DNA of 64,000 nt from Octopus sinensis (Eukaryota), in contig NC_043002.1 in the NCBI RefSeq assembly GCF_006345805.1, forward strand, positions 51,832,001 to 51,896,000, read 5' to 3'. This document shows, piece by piece, positions 11,803-24,027 of the stretch (within the stretch, counting starts at the first letter, position 1; each line of letters starts with the position of its first letter). The position numbers and the translations under genes were made by a program. Under the pieces are notes generated by a model. That model was not told the origin of the DNA and made no database searches. It saw nothing but the letters and a program-made list of their open reading frames with translations.

Positions 11803-12192
11803 CTTTTCTACTCAAGGCACAAGTTCCGAAATTTGGGGGGAGGGGGCCAGTCGATTAGATCGACCTCAGTATACAATTAGTACTTAATTTATCGAACCCG
11901 AAAGGCAAAGTCAACCTCGGCGGAATTTGAATTCAGAACGTAGCAGCAGACGAAATACCTATTTCTTTACTACCCACAAGGGGCTAAACACAGAGGAGGA
12001 CAAACAAGGACAGACAAACAGATTAAGTCGATTATATCAACCCCAGTGCGTAACTGGTACTTATTTAATCGACCCCGAAATGATGAAAGGCAAAGTCGAC
12101 CTCGGCGGAATTTGAACTCAGAGCGTAGCGACAGACGAAATACAGTTACGCATTTCGCCCGGCGTGCTAATGGTTCTGCCAACTCGCCGCCT
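11803..12192 (-). mobile_element. Composite SINE-A flanked by a 17-bp TSD
   Basis: TAGTAGAAAGTATTATT occurs at 11786-11802 and 12193-12209. The internal junction gaaat|aggtatttcgtc is at 11960/11961. Confidence 0.9.
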
Positions 12193-13049
12193 TAGTAGAA
12201 AGTATTATTACAAAGTGTTGAGCAGGCAGAATCATTAGCTCTTTGGACAAAATACTTCTCTTCCTCCTTTTTACGTTCAAGTTTCAATTCCCATTGAAAT
12301 TAACTTTGCCTTTGATCCTTTTGTGGTCAATGAAATAAAGTACTAGTCAAGTACTTGGATCACTGTAATGAATTCTATTAACAAACTTCTGGATTTGTAT
12401 CAGAATTAGGAAGAATTATTGCACACACAATCCTGGAGAAAAATTGGATTTTACCACGTTCATTTCAGGATGCTTTTAACACCAAAAGACGTTAGAATGC
12501 TTGATCATGTCTCTAGTAACATGGAGTGAAAAAGTAAGGGTTTTTTCTTATATTTACAAATTTGCTTAAAAATTTCTTTTCTAATGATTCAGTGTGGTAA
12601 GCTTTGGGGAGGAAGTGGGAAGAAGTGCAAACCACAAATTGGTAGCAGCGAATACTCTTCAACTAACAATAAAATACTTTAATATGTGTCAAAGTTTTGA
12701 AACAGAAGATAATTAGAAAACGATAAACAAAAAAAAAAATAGTTATGTAGACAAATATTTTGTTCATAATCTTTGACAAATACGCAAGAAAAGTATCGAG
12801 ACAGCCAAAATTTAAACAACGAAAGCAACAATAGCAATCAACTTTTTGCTAGCATTTGCCGCTCAAATTTTGAAAAAAATAAAATGTAACATATGCCACA
12901 AAAGGTGGGTCTTCTTTGCTTAATGAAGAAAGTGCAGAAGTAAAGGTGACGTACGTCTGCTCCTTGGGAAAATGAGTGATCGGAGGGGTTTCCATATACG
13001 GTCGAAGGAGTAATTAGAGAATACCTTGGCTGTGCGTGGAACGATGTGT

Positions 13050-13670
13050 CCATCGACCGAAGCGGTGTGTATGGAAGTGTATCTGGTTTTTAAGAGTAAA
13101 GACCAGGCAAGATATCAAATGGAAATAGAGTACCGCATACCTGCCTACAAGCTGATACTGCAATTTATGAGAAGAAATACACAATGCTTTGAGAGGCTTT
13201 GATTTTTTGGCTAGTTGAATTCTTTTTCTATAGCATACTGAGACCTACAGGGATTAATTATTTTAAAAGTCTTTTGTAGAAGACGGAATCTATGTTGAAA
13301 GATTTCACAGGAGAAACAAAATTCAAGGACATGGTGGCATGATCAGAGACATTTATTTGACCATCACGAATGAGAAATAACTAGCACACAGTCCAGAGCG
13401 ATGTCAAAGAAGTGCACACTCTTGGTAGGGTCTCCTATGCTGGACAGATCAAGCGACTAATATGGACCACATCCTTTTAGAGATTAAAATGGAGTTTGTA
13501 TAAGCCCATCACCGCTTACAGATGTATTGGTGACAAGTTAAAACCAAAAGAATAAAAAAAAAAGAAAAGAAAACCTAAGAGAGGAAAACAGCCTAGAGTC
13601 GAGGATAATAGAGAAATGTCATCGATCTCCTATGCCCCATAGGTAGTGACGGTCTTAAGTAAAGTGAAGT
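13050..13670 (+). mobile_element. Possible decayed RTE-clade LINE 3' end
   Basis: A GHIL(R)-like segment lies near 13465. The terminal cctatgccccata...cttaagtaaagtgaagta resembles RTE 3' ends. Confidence 0.35.
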
Positions 13671-15017
13671 ATTGCGGAATAAGCAGAATGACTGCATTAC
13701 ATAATGCTTCATGTGGTCGAAGAGCTCAATTTAACAGAAATTTTAACTACCATATCCAGAAAATCAAGTAACGACGTACAGACTCCCGAGCCAGCTTGGT
13801 TATTTGAACAGTGAAAGGTGGAAATGTCGAGAAGAGAAATGGCAGCAACGAAAAAATGGGAGAAGAGGCAATGTGGAGATGTGAAACAACACTGGTGGTA
13901 ATGGTGGTAGCAGAGGTGATAGATGGACGAAAGGGAAAATAAAAAAGAAGAGAAGAGAGCGAGTAGACAGAAATTTGAGAGAGCGAGCGAGAGAGAGAGA
14001 GAGGGGGGAGTAGGCGAGAAATGAAGTGAGATAAAAGAAATGCGATGTTGTGAGGAAAGTGAATGTGGAGGACTTAGAGAGAAAAATAGAGGATGCGATG
14101 CAGAGAAGTTAAAAGGATTGGAGATGATTTAGATTAGAGGGAAAGATAAGAAGGGGAAAGGAGAGCGTGTATAAAAAGGAGAGTGGTGGTGGGGGAGTGA
14201 TGTAGAAGGAGAGAGAAAAGTGAAAGCGAACTACAGGAAAACCAAGATGGGAAGGGGAGTGTAGTATTCGATTGATCGAGAAAAAATTTAAAGATAGAGA
14301 CAGTAACAGAGAAAGGGAAAAGTGGTGAAGAAGCGGCAAGATGAGGTTGGTTAGAGAAAACACATAGGATGATATGAGGAGCGATGGGAAGTGACAAAAT
14401 TGTGCAGAGTCAAATGGGAAGAGGCGAGAGAAAACAAGAGCAATAAACATATTTGTTAGATATTAATGGATGAAAAATAACAAGCAGAAAGGAAATAAGA
14501 ATATTTTTCATGGAAGAAATATAAAAGAACAGATGTCAGTAAATAGTTCTGAAACACATACACGTATTTGACACCACATACACGCATATTCATATGTAAC
14601 TCTTATAGTCCTCTCACACGCATAGACATTACACACGCACTGACACGCTCGTGCATGTGTGTGTGCGTGCCTGTGTGTCTGTTCGTACATTGTTCATGCA
14701 TTTGTGAGATCGTGATGTTATGTGAAGCCATCAGTTTTTCTAGACGGGGTCTCTTTGTGTCATGATTATTAAGTGCAAGTATATTAAACGCAGTATATTA
14801 ATTCATTTACAAACATCGACAAATACGCTGTGTCATTTCTTAAACACGTATAAAAGGGCTTGCTACCTACATTCCAGTTTGTTCTTGTATGCATATGTCT
14901 GATGTATGTTTTCGAAAGAAGGCTGTGGCTATAACACAATTTCTTAACGCTGTGTACTGTTTGCATTACATATAATGGAATATGCTTCGTGATATCTATG
15001 CTTCGTGGAGTACTTAT

Positions 15018-15116
15018 ACATACATACATACATACATACATACACACATACATACATACATACATACATACATACATACATACATACATACATACATACA
15101 TACATACATACATACA

Positions 15117-15144
<28 letters not shown>
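15018..15144. repeat. (CATA)n microsatellite
   Basis: Directly visible. Confidence 0.95.
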
Positions 15145-15152
<8 letters not shown>

Positions 15153-15267
15153 TATCTGTAAAATAATATGTGACAATTATTCAATAGCCAAGATAAAAGA
15201 TGGTGTTGTGGATTTCCACCTCGGCATCTTGGCTATTGAATAATTGTCACATATTATTTTACAGATA
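15153..15267. repeat. Perfect 42-bp inverted repeat with a 31-nt spacer
   Basis: 15153-15194 is the exact reverse complement of 15226-15267. Confidence 0.95.
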
Positions 15268-15411
15268 AATTTCCTCTATTTACATAATATTGAGGTCTCT
15301 TTCTTTCTTTTGTTATCTTACCGTTTTTACCAATATATATATATATATTATATATATATATATGGTAAATGAAAGACGGAACAGAGGAATATACGAGAAT
15401 TTTTATTATTA

Positions 15412-15515
15412 ATCACGACAATTGTTTCGTCACATCTAACATCGATCCTCAACGGGTGGCACACTTAAAATCTGGTTAAGGAGCATTCGGCGGTACAGAT
15501 GTCTCATCGGGTGAT
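15412..15515 (-). ncRNA. Hammerhead-like motif (U4C variant, long stem II insert)
   Basis: Minus strand reads ATCAC-CCGATGA-GACATC...GATGTGAC-GAAA-C-AATT-GTC-GTGAT, with a 5-bp stem I, palindromic stem III and GUC triplet. Confidence 0.5.
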
Positions 15516-16061
15516 AAATAGATACAACTCGTTAAAATAACAGTTCCGCAGTATATCTTCACATTTCGTAGAAAGAAAAGCAGCGAAATGAAGGAAATAT
15601 CTTCATTTATATCGAAGATCAAAAATAAAATCACAGATGCAAAAATGAAACGAACACGCAATACAAGGAGAAAAGTATTTAAAATAACTGTTAACGGATA
15701 TGGATGTATAAACGGCCTTGCGCAATCTGCATGACGCGTGCTCATACAAGCATCCGCGAAAATGTAAGCATATGCACACGTGTGGTTTGGCGCATTCACG
15801 ATCAGAAAGCGAGTTACATAGCTACTTGGAGTTTATAAGTATAGGGAGGTTAAAGCTAAACTTAATTCATACATACCTTAAAAGGAATTATCTAAACAGT
15901 TACTCAAATTCATTCCCACTGAATTGTGCGAAAATACATTTATATCTCCATGTAAAATCCATGTAAAATTCTTCTCTATTAAATTGAGTATTGAGCCAGT
16001 GAAAGATCGGATGTTTTCATCCCTATATATATATATATATATATATACATATTATATATAC

Positions 16062-16128
<67 letters not shown>

Positions 16129-16499
16129 ACATGTATGTATGTATGTATGTATGTATGTATGTATGTAGTATGTATGTATGTATGTATGTATGTATGTATG
16201 TATGTGCGTACGTATGTATGTACGTACGTATGTATGTATTTATAAAGTGTACTTGGCACATTTTGCCAATCATCTCTCGCAGAACTCTACTCTTCAATTT
16301 GAAACATCTTCATCGAGAATATGGATTATTTTTGGAATGTAAGTTTTCCAGTGACACTGCTTCAAAATGCGATGGACACTGGATTCTGGAGCTCTTAACT
16401 AATGACTCGCTAATAACTCAAATTTTCTTGAGCACTGGCAATACCCTTCTAGTATATTGTCTTGGCCTAGTGGGCTCTTCGATATTCCCGCTCATATAT

Positions 16500-17095
16500 A
16501 TATATGATGCTAAGATAAATATAGAAATTGAGTCGTGAAGGCAAGCTCTGCTTTCGGTGACCATTATCACAAGCTTTGGAGTAGCCACGACATATCGTTG
16601 AAGGTCGATGTATATAAGTCGGTGGTCTTGACAACATTGCTTTGTGATACTGAATCTTGGATTTTGTGCCAAAAGCATATCAATCATTGACACTTTTCAT
16701 ATGCGATGCTTGCATACGATCGCCAACAATAAACTGATTGATCATATACATAATAAGGAGGTATTGACAATATGCAACATATCAGGTATTGAAGCTATCC
16801 TCGTCAAAATGCAAATGGTCAGGTCATCTCTCATGTATAAGTGATATCAGAATTCCGAAGCAATTTCTCTTTGGTCAATTCTCAACAGGAAGGTCAGTTG
16901 GACGACCACTCTTGCGCTTTAAAGATAAACTAAAAGGCAATTTGAAGCGATGCAACATTCCCTTTCTTTCTGGGAAAACAAAGCATCAGAATGCAAGACC
17001 TCGCGCTAGTCCTGCTTCTCCTCAGGTCAAAGATTTGAGCAAAGTCGACTCCAACATCAAGATCAACTTCGTGCAAGCATGAAGGCACGGTGGTA
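16500..17095 (+). mobile_element. RTE-clade LINE 3' remnant
   Basis: Frameshifted motifs DAKINIEI..KASSAFG, FHMRCL, KWSGH, RIPKQFLFG and GRPLLRFKDKLKGNLK are typical of the RTE/BovB RT C-terminus. Confidence 0.85.
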
Positions 17096-17116
17096 AAACG
17101 CTGCTCTTCTAAATGG

Positions 17117-17168
17117 ATAGGAGAATCCATAATTTCATATATATATATGAAATTATGGATTCTCCTAT
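17117..17168. repeat. Perfect 52-bp palindrome
   Basis: ataggagaatccataatttc-(AT)6-gaaattatggattctcctat. Confidence 0.95.
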
Positions 17169-17184
17169 ATATATATAAATATAT

Positions 17185-17464
17185 GGTGGTTGTCTACACT
17201 TTATGCAGGGTTTGACGTTAATCCGTTAATCCGCCATTCGAACATTATGGCCACACCATCTCATTTGGTTTCTCGCGTGTGTACCGTTGGCGATTTTTTT
17301 CCTCTATCTTCCCTTCTCTGGATCTTTCCTTCTCCTATGTTTCCGACGAAGAGCTCCGCTCGAAACGTTAAACCCTCCCTCTTTCCTTCTTTCCTGAGCG
17401 TCCAATAATACGATATTTGTTCCACGTCCTCGCGTTGTGTTTTTTTGTGCTTTCATGTTTGGAT

Positions 17465-17468
<4 letters not shown>
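17185..17468 (+). mobile_element. Penelope-type terminal-repeat remnant containing a hammerhead-like motif (17339-17373)
   Basis: GTTT-CCGACGA-A-GAGC-tcc-GCTC-GAAAC-GTT-AAAC. The same family occurs at ~28240-28530 and in part at 3455-3540 (minus). Confidence 0.6.
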
Positions 17469-17536
<68 letters not shown>

Positions 17537-17712
17537 TATAAAGTAAAGGTAAAGTATATATATATATATATATATATTGGTTTCAAACTTTGGCACAATG
17601 CCAGTAATTTCGGTGAGTGGGTAAGTCAATTATATCGACCACAGTACTCAACTGGTACTATTTTATCGACTTTGATGGTATGAAAAACAATGTCAACCTC
17701 GGCAGAATTGGA

Positions 17713-17743
<31 letters not shown>

Positions 17744-17804
17744 TGATGTATGTATGTACGTACGTACGTATGTATGTATGCTTGTATGTTTGTATGTATC
17801 TATA

Positions 17805-17839
<35 letters not shown>

Positions 17840-18126
17840 GAACTTGAAAATAAAAATGGGAATACATGCTGGAAAGTATTTTTTCCAAAAGATGTAAAAC
17901 TTCTGCTAGCCCGCCACCTTTCAGTGTCGTCAAACAAAAGTATTAGTCAAGTAATGCCAGCAATTTAATCTGCTATATTCCACCACAAAAAGAAAAATAT
18001 TAATAAGTATGTGTGCGTATATACTTACATAAGAAATGAATGCTAAATAATTTTGATAAGCTTTCGTATACTTCTTTTAACCGTTTCCCTGAATTTTAGG
18101 GTTACCAATATGTGTGAGTGTGTTTA

Positions 18127-18157
<31 letters not shown>

Positions 18158-19204
18158 GATATATATGTATATAATGTTAATTAGCAATGCAAATGTTAAT
18201 TACCGTTACAAATTATTGAACTTTATTGCTAGATATTAACTTATTTGTATTTTTTATAGGCTGCATTCCACAGATTTTTAAAAATCAAAATTTTTTTTGT
18301 TTTGTTTTTGCGTTGCAGAAGCTTTATGATCATTTGCCAACGCTTGTCCCCCTTCTCCCGCTTCTTTCAGTGCCTTCTACAAACTTTCTCTCTTCGTTAA
18401 CACACTTCAACTCCGTCCTTGCAATTAGTGTCAGTTACAATCTGCCACCCCAACAAAATATCACAGTTACATTGTCTTAAATTGACATGAAGGGCTGTTG
18501 AAGTCAATTAAAAAGAAAATGATACTCAATAAAAGTATCAATAAAAGTATCAGGCCTCATCAAGAACATTCAGCTGATGGCCATGTTTGTACCATAAATA
18601 TCATTTGCGGGAAATTCGCCGAACAATCTTGGAAGCAATGTTTATGCGTGCGTTCCGTTATATCCTTCGCCTTCCTCCTCACCTTTTCTTCATATTGATA
18701 TTCTTATTTGTTTTGACAGATGGTGGTGGATGATAGAACCGGTAGAGTATCATATACAATACTGCATTGGGGTATTTAGTTATGTATCTTTATGTTCTGA
18801 GTTCGAATCTAGTCGCAGTCAATCATAGTTCTCTTCCTTTCGATATTCGGTAAAAATAAAGATCAACTGCAAATTTCTGGTCCTGCGTCAATTAAGAAAT
18901 CAATATACGTCCTGTCAAAATTAGTAGAGTATCAAAAATGATAGAATTTTGGAGTAAAATCTTTACACTTTGAGTTCCAATGTCATTGAGGTTAATAAAC
19001 TATGAACAGTAATACACGGAAAATCAATTAAAGCTCTTGCTAAAAAATGTATAGATAGCTTTGTGCTGACACATTAAAGAAATATCAAGGCAAGATATTG
19101 AAGTGGTATAGATGGTGCAGTGCCTATTTAATCCCGTCTATTATATGCTGAGTTTAAAACATTCTGGAGTCGATATGGATTTTTATTATTCAGTGGTTCA
19201 TATA

Positions 19205-20015
19205 TTTGTTTCAAATTTTGACACGAAGCCTACAAGTTCGGAGGAGGAGTTAAGTCGGTCCCAGTGCTCAACTGGTACTTATTCTTTCGACCCCGAGAGG
19301 ATGAAAGGCAAAGTGTCAACCTTTGGAGAATTTTAACTCAGAATGTAAAGAGCAGGACATGCTAATGATTCTTATTTCTTTATTGCCCACAAGGGGCTAA
19401 ACATAGAGGGGTCAAACAAGGACAGACAAAGGTATTAAGTCGATTACATCGACTCCAGTGCGTAACTGGTACTTAATTTATCGACCCCGAAAGGATGAAA
19501 GGCAAAGTCGACCTCGGCGGAATTCGAACTCAAAACGTAACGGCAGACGAAATACCTATTTCTTTACTACCCACAAGGGGCTAGACACAGAGAGGACAAA
19601 CAAGGACAGACAAACGGATTAAGTCGATTACATCACTCCAGTGCGTAACTGGTACTTATTTAATCGACCCCGAAAGGATGAAAGGCAAAGTCGACCACAG
19701 CGGAATTTGAACTCAGAATGTAACGGCAGACAAAATACCGCTAAGCATTTCGCCCGGCGTGCTAACGATTCTGCCAGCTCACCGCTTTATCGACATAATT
19801 AATAATTTCAGATTTTGGCACAAGGTCAGCAACTTTAATGGAAGGGGCAAGTCGATTACATTGACTCCAGTATTCAACTGGTACTTATTTTATCGGTTCC
19901 GAAACGACGAAAGGTAAAGTCGACCTCGGCCGTATATGAGAACAGAATGTAATGATATACAGAATGCTATTAAGCATTTTGTCCGGCGTGCAGGCGATTC
20001 TACTAGCTCGCCACT
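19205..20015 (-). mobile_element. Head-to-tail array of four SINE-A pieces
   Basis: Junctions at 19373/19374 and 19557/19558. The 12-bp direct repeat CTTTATCGACAT occurs at 19785-19796 and 20014-20025. Confidence 0.9.
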
Positions 20016-20348
20016 TTATCGACATTTATAATTGACAAAGCCTAAATGATAATGTCAAGGAAAATCTTTTGCGGGATTTAGTTGCATCGCATTATATTTC
20101 GAGGTAAATTTTTCTGATTTCAAAGTCAATTTTGCCTTTAACCCTTTCGTGGTTGATAATAGAAAATTACCGATTCAGCATTGAATTAATTTTATCGCCA
20201 CCGAACCCCATCAGAAAAGTCCTTCCCACCCCGGCAAAAAAAACCAAAGAACCCAAAAAACTGTAATCTTGTATCAATGTCTGAAATAAATATTTATCCC
20301 AGAAATGAGTTAGTGTTTCGCTTCGATTCCAGGTTGAAACAATTTTAT

Positions 20349-20566
20349 ATTCTTTTCTACTGTAGGCACAAGGCCCGAAATTTTGGAGGAAGGGGCCAGT
20401 CGATTAGATCGACCTCAGTACGCCGCTGGTACTTGATTTATTGACCCCCGAAAGGATGAAAGGCAAAGTCGACCTCGGCGGAATTTGAACTCAGAACGTA
20501 ACGGCAGACGAAATACGGCTACGCATTTCGCCCGGCGTGCAAACGTTTCTGCCAGCTTGCCGCCTT
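20349..20566 (-). mobile_element. SINE-A full-length copy (gtagaaaagaata-tail type)
   Basis: Complete head, B box and tail. Confidence 0.9.
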
Positions 20567-22106
20567 AAACCATTTTATATTATATATGTTACAACCGCCA
20601 CTGGGATAATATGAGTATTACACTTTATTCTTTGTTTATTATTTTAACACACTGAAACTTCGTCGTATCTTAAACTGCAGTGGTGATACTTTAACTCTTT
20701 TTTTCCCAACCTGTTGTACTAATCTCTCCCCTCTTTCTCTCTGCAATAGCACGCCCTTCTTACCTTCTTGATAACATTTTTCATCGTGGTTACCCTCTTT
20801 TCGATTTCAACACTTTTTTCGTATATTACGAGGTTTCGTAAATTTCTCCCTGTAGGCATCTCTCTCTGATATCTTTCACCACTGTCTTCGTCTGACACAT
20901 ATTCCTCTGTCTCAAATTCGCTGTCTCTTTCGTTTTCATTCTTCTGTCGTGCTCCTTCTTCCTTACTGGTTGAAGGCAATGGTTCCTGAGTTCGCATTTC
21001 ACTTGATTTTACATTTGATTTTACATTTCTCTTCTTTTCTTTCTTGTTCTCTTCCACGTTTCTTTTTCTTTTTCTCCTTGGGGCTTTTGGGTGGTGATTC
21101 TAAATTCCTTTTTCTTTTCACTACCGTAAATTGCTCGTCCATTTTCTCTTCTGCTACAGCAGTACTCTCTTCTTGAATTTCTGTTTCTATTATTTCCTCC
21201 TCGTGTTTCTGGGACACTTGGTCTTCATGTGTCCCATTACTCCACACGCAAAACATATTGGAGGTCTACCCTTCACAACAATCCTTAATCTGGTCTCGTC
21301 AGGTAGCACCAGTTCTTCCACAATCTTATGGAGGTCTGGCAGGCTTATATGGACTATTACTTCTAGCCCATATCCCCATCAGTTCACCTCCGTAGCCTTC
21401 GACATTTTTAGAGCTTCTGTATCTTCCTCTGTATGATAGAGGATGGCTGCCACCAGCAATGCCTCGTCAATTTCAGTGGGAAATCTACCTATCCTTACTC
21501 TGGCCTCACGCTTGCCACAGTGGTAGTGGTAAGTAGGTAGTAGTGCCCACACCGCTGATTTCAAGGCTACAATGGAGTACTTATTTGCTTCATTCTCGTT
21601 TACGAAGCGCATCTCCACCGTGCCAAACTTCCGTCCTCTGCTGTAGAACGTGGTTGATTCTTTTATTTCTTTCAAACACTCTTCAACCGGATGCCATCTT
21701 TATCTTTTCCGATGCTATGTTTAGCGTTCTATATATGATAGTTCTTGTTTCCGTATTCTCAATAACTTCCTTGGGAGGTATCAGCCTTAGACAGTCTCCC
21801 TCCTTTTTAGCAAGGTGTTGTATTTCTTGAAGTCCTTGTCATTGACTTCTAATTCACGGACTTGCAGTAGCTCTGCTGACAGGCTTTTGCCAGTCACTGC
21901 AGCATAACTGCCTGTTTGCACTTATCTAGTCTCCATAATAATGTTCTTCCCAACTTCGCCCATAAATGGGGAAGACAAATAAAAATTGCAACAAATTCAA
22001 GTAATAACAATAATTCAAAAATTCAAGAAATAACAGGTTTACAATAACTGGTTAACAATAACAGGACTTACATGGAGTGTACATGCTTTCTACTCAAAGA
22101 CAACGA
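20567..22106 (-). mobile_element. L1/Tx1-like ORF1 (gag-like, zinc knuckle) element lacking ORF2
   Basis: ATG at 21963. Frameshifted translation includes SYAAVT, a predicted RRM-like region and GRPPICFACGVMGHMKTKC (CX2CX4HX4C, 21214-21255), followed by an acidic/basic low-complexity tail. It is flanked by 27-nt SINE-head direct repeats. Confidence 0.7.
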
Positions 22107-22429
22107 CAAACGTTTCTGCCAACTCACCGCCTTACAACACTGGCAACATTATGTGATCAACATGATATACCGATTTATTTGACCGAATCGTTAGAAAGTT
22201 GGATACATTACCCTGCTTTATTCGTCCTAGCTCTTTGCCCTTACTTTTTCTAACATCCTAGCTAATTTCACACTTGGCTATTCTAACGTCCCTGTTCTCT
22301 CTACTGGGGTCAACTTTTCTTTTCAAGTTATCAGGATTTATAAATACACTATCAATCCTGTCCTGGGGATACATTCTTGGAAGAAATCGACAGTACTGAG
22401 ATCTTGAGCTGGATGAACCTTGCCAGGAA

Positions 22430-22592
22430 AATGACTTCAGTATTTGAGTAGTATATTATGTTTTTCGACCCCGGGGGTATGAAAAGCAAAGTTGACCGCA
22501 GTGTAATTTGAACTCAGATCGTAAACCCCACTAGAAAAAGAAACCGAAAAGTAGCTTCGACGCTTTAACGATTCTGCCACCTCGCTGCCTTA
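22430..22592 (-). mobile_element. SINE-A, old copy
   Basis: Degenerate B box tgagttcaaatt and head aggcagcgaggtggcagaatcgtt. Confidence 0.7.
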
Positions 22593-23719
22593 TCAGTATG
22601 TAGTAACAAACCCGATAAAGATACATCAGGACAAAACACGTGTGGTGCCAGCAATATGCAAGTCGTGTTGGCCTAACTGGATAACAACTTAAATCGCATT
22701 AAAGGCCATTGTAAGCTGCTGGGGTCTAACTGCCTACATACATGTATACATTTATGTATCTGACAAAAAAAAAAAAAGAGGTAATGTTTATACCTGTTCC
22801 AGGCGAACTTTATGTCGAACCAAATATCGAAGAATACAGCTCAAGATTAGATGTAGTGCGATTGACAGTTTTGTTTACCTGGTTTGCATATTGTTGAGAG
22901 ACGGCTTCCTATGTATTGCCCATAGAAATACATCTACGCATTTAGAAAACATCTGTGTCATTTGGGAAGCGCGAAAAGATAGTCTAGGCAGGTCATGGCA
23001 CCACCAGCAATGCCAAGTTACGTGTTTACAAGGCTTTTGTACTAACAGTTCTAGTGTACTCTTCTGAAACATGTACAATACACTATTGGCATCTCAAGTT
23101 GCTTGAGCGCTTTCATAAAAAATGTTTGAGACGTATGCTCAGCATCAAGTAGCAAAGTAAAACACCTGACACAGAAGTCCTTGTAAAAGGTAGGATGCAC
23201 AAACATCGGGTCACTCATCAATTTACTCAGATGCATTGAACAAGCCACGCTGTACATATAAAAAATGAAAAGGTGACTTGTACACTGGAAGCGTCCTCAG
23301 TATAAGCCAAGAGAAAGGTACAAAGACTAAATAAAATGCAAGGGGAAGGAACCGCAAATCGATGTAAAAAAAAACTGGGAAGAACTAGTTTTGGAAAATG
23401 CTGAGTAGAGAAAATATATAAGATAAGGTGGTGAAACTTTCGAAGAAGGTTGCCTTGTGCACAAAAGGCTTAAGCGTTGGTTTGGGAAGGGCTGTCATCA
23501 GAACCTCGATGAAAATATAAAGCATGTACCCGTATACTCTTTTCTAAGGTTGGGTATTTCAACCATTTGATGTACCTACGTATGTATGCGCTTACGTACG
23601 GATGTATGAATATATGAATGCATGTATGAATGTATGTTATGGTTGTTATGGGAATGTGAATCATCTTTATTGTTTCTAGAAGGTAGATATGCCAGAATAT
23701 TTGCTAGTTCATTTTAAAT

Positions 23720-24027
23720 CAGGGGTTCCCAACCGTGGTCCATATATGACTTTTGGAGGCCCACAATAGCAAAATAGTAAATTGGTCACCCACAAAGTAT
23801 TTTAAGGGTCCATGAAAGTTTTGATTTAAATTTATGTATTGCATCAAAGAACTAGCCTTCTTTATCTATCATTTTACTTACAAATACAAGTGAATGAGCG
23901 AAAAACAAAATGGGAATTTTGAAAGAAATAACTGTAAAATTAGTGTTTAAATATCGAATGAGTTCACCACAATAAAATAGAAATCAAAATGGTCCATAGA
24001 TAAAAAAAAAATGGTTGAGAACGACTG
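23720..24027. mobile_element. hAT (Charlie-like) MITE
   Basis: Imperfect 15-bp TIRs CAGGGGTTCCCAACC / GGTTGAGAACGACTG and 8-bp flanks TTTTAAAT / CTCTAAAT (6/8 match). Confidence 0.7.

Noticed and set aside
11441-12192. SINE heads as tRNA genes
   Set aside because: A- and B-box-like motifs are present, but there is no complete cloverleaf or acceptor stem, and each continues into SINE body sequence.
13830-14480. Long purine-rich stretch
   Set aside because: It is degenerate GA-type low-complexity sequence with no mirror symmetry or other distinctive structure noticed.
19205-20015. Regularly repeated ~200-bp units as a CRISPR-like or satellite array
   Set aside because: The units are SINE copies of different ages with TSDs and nested junctions, and there is no repeat-spacer structure.
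22860-23320. Minus-strand protein-like ORFs (…MFVHPTFYKDFCVRCF…)
   Set aside because: The composition suggests decayed coding DNA, but I could not match any family motif, and there are multiple stops.
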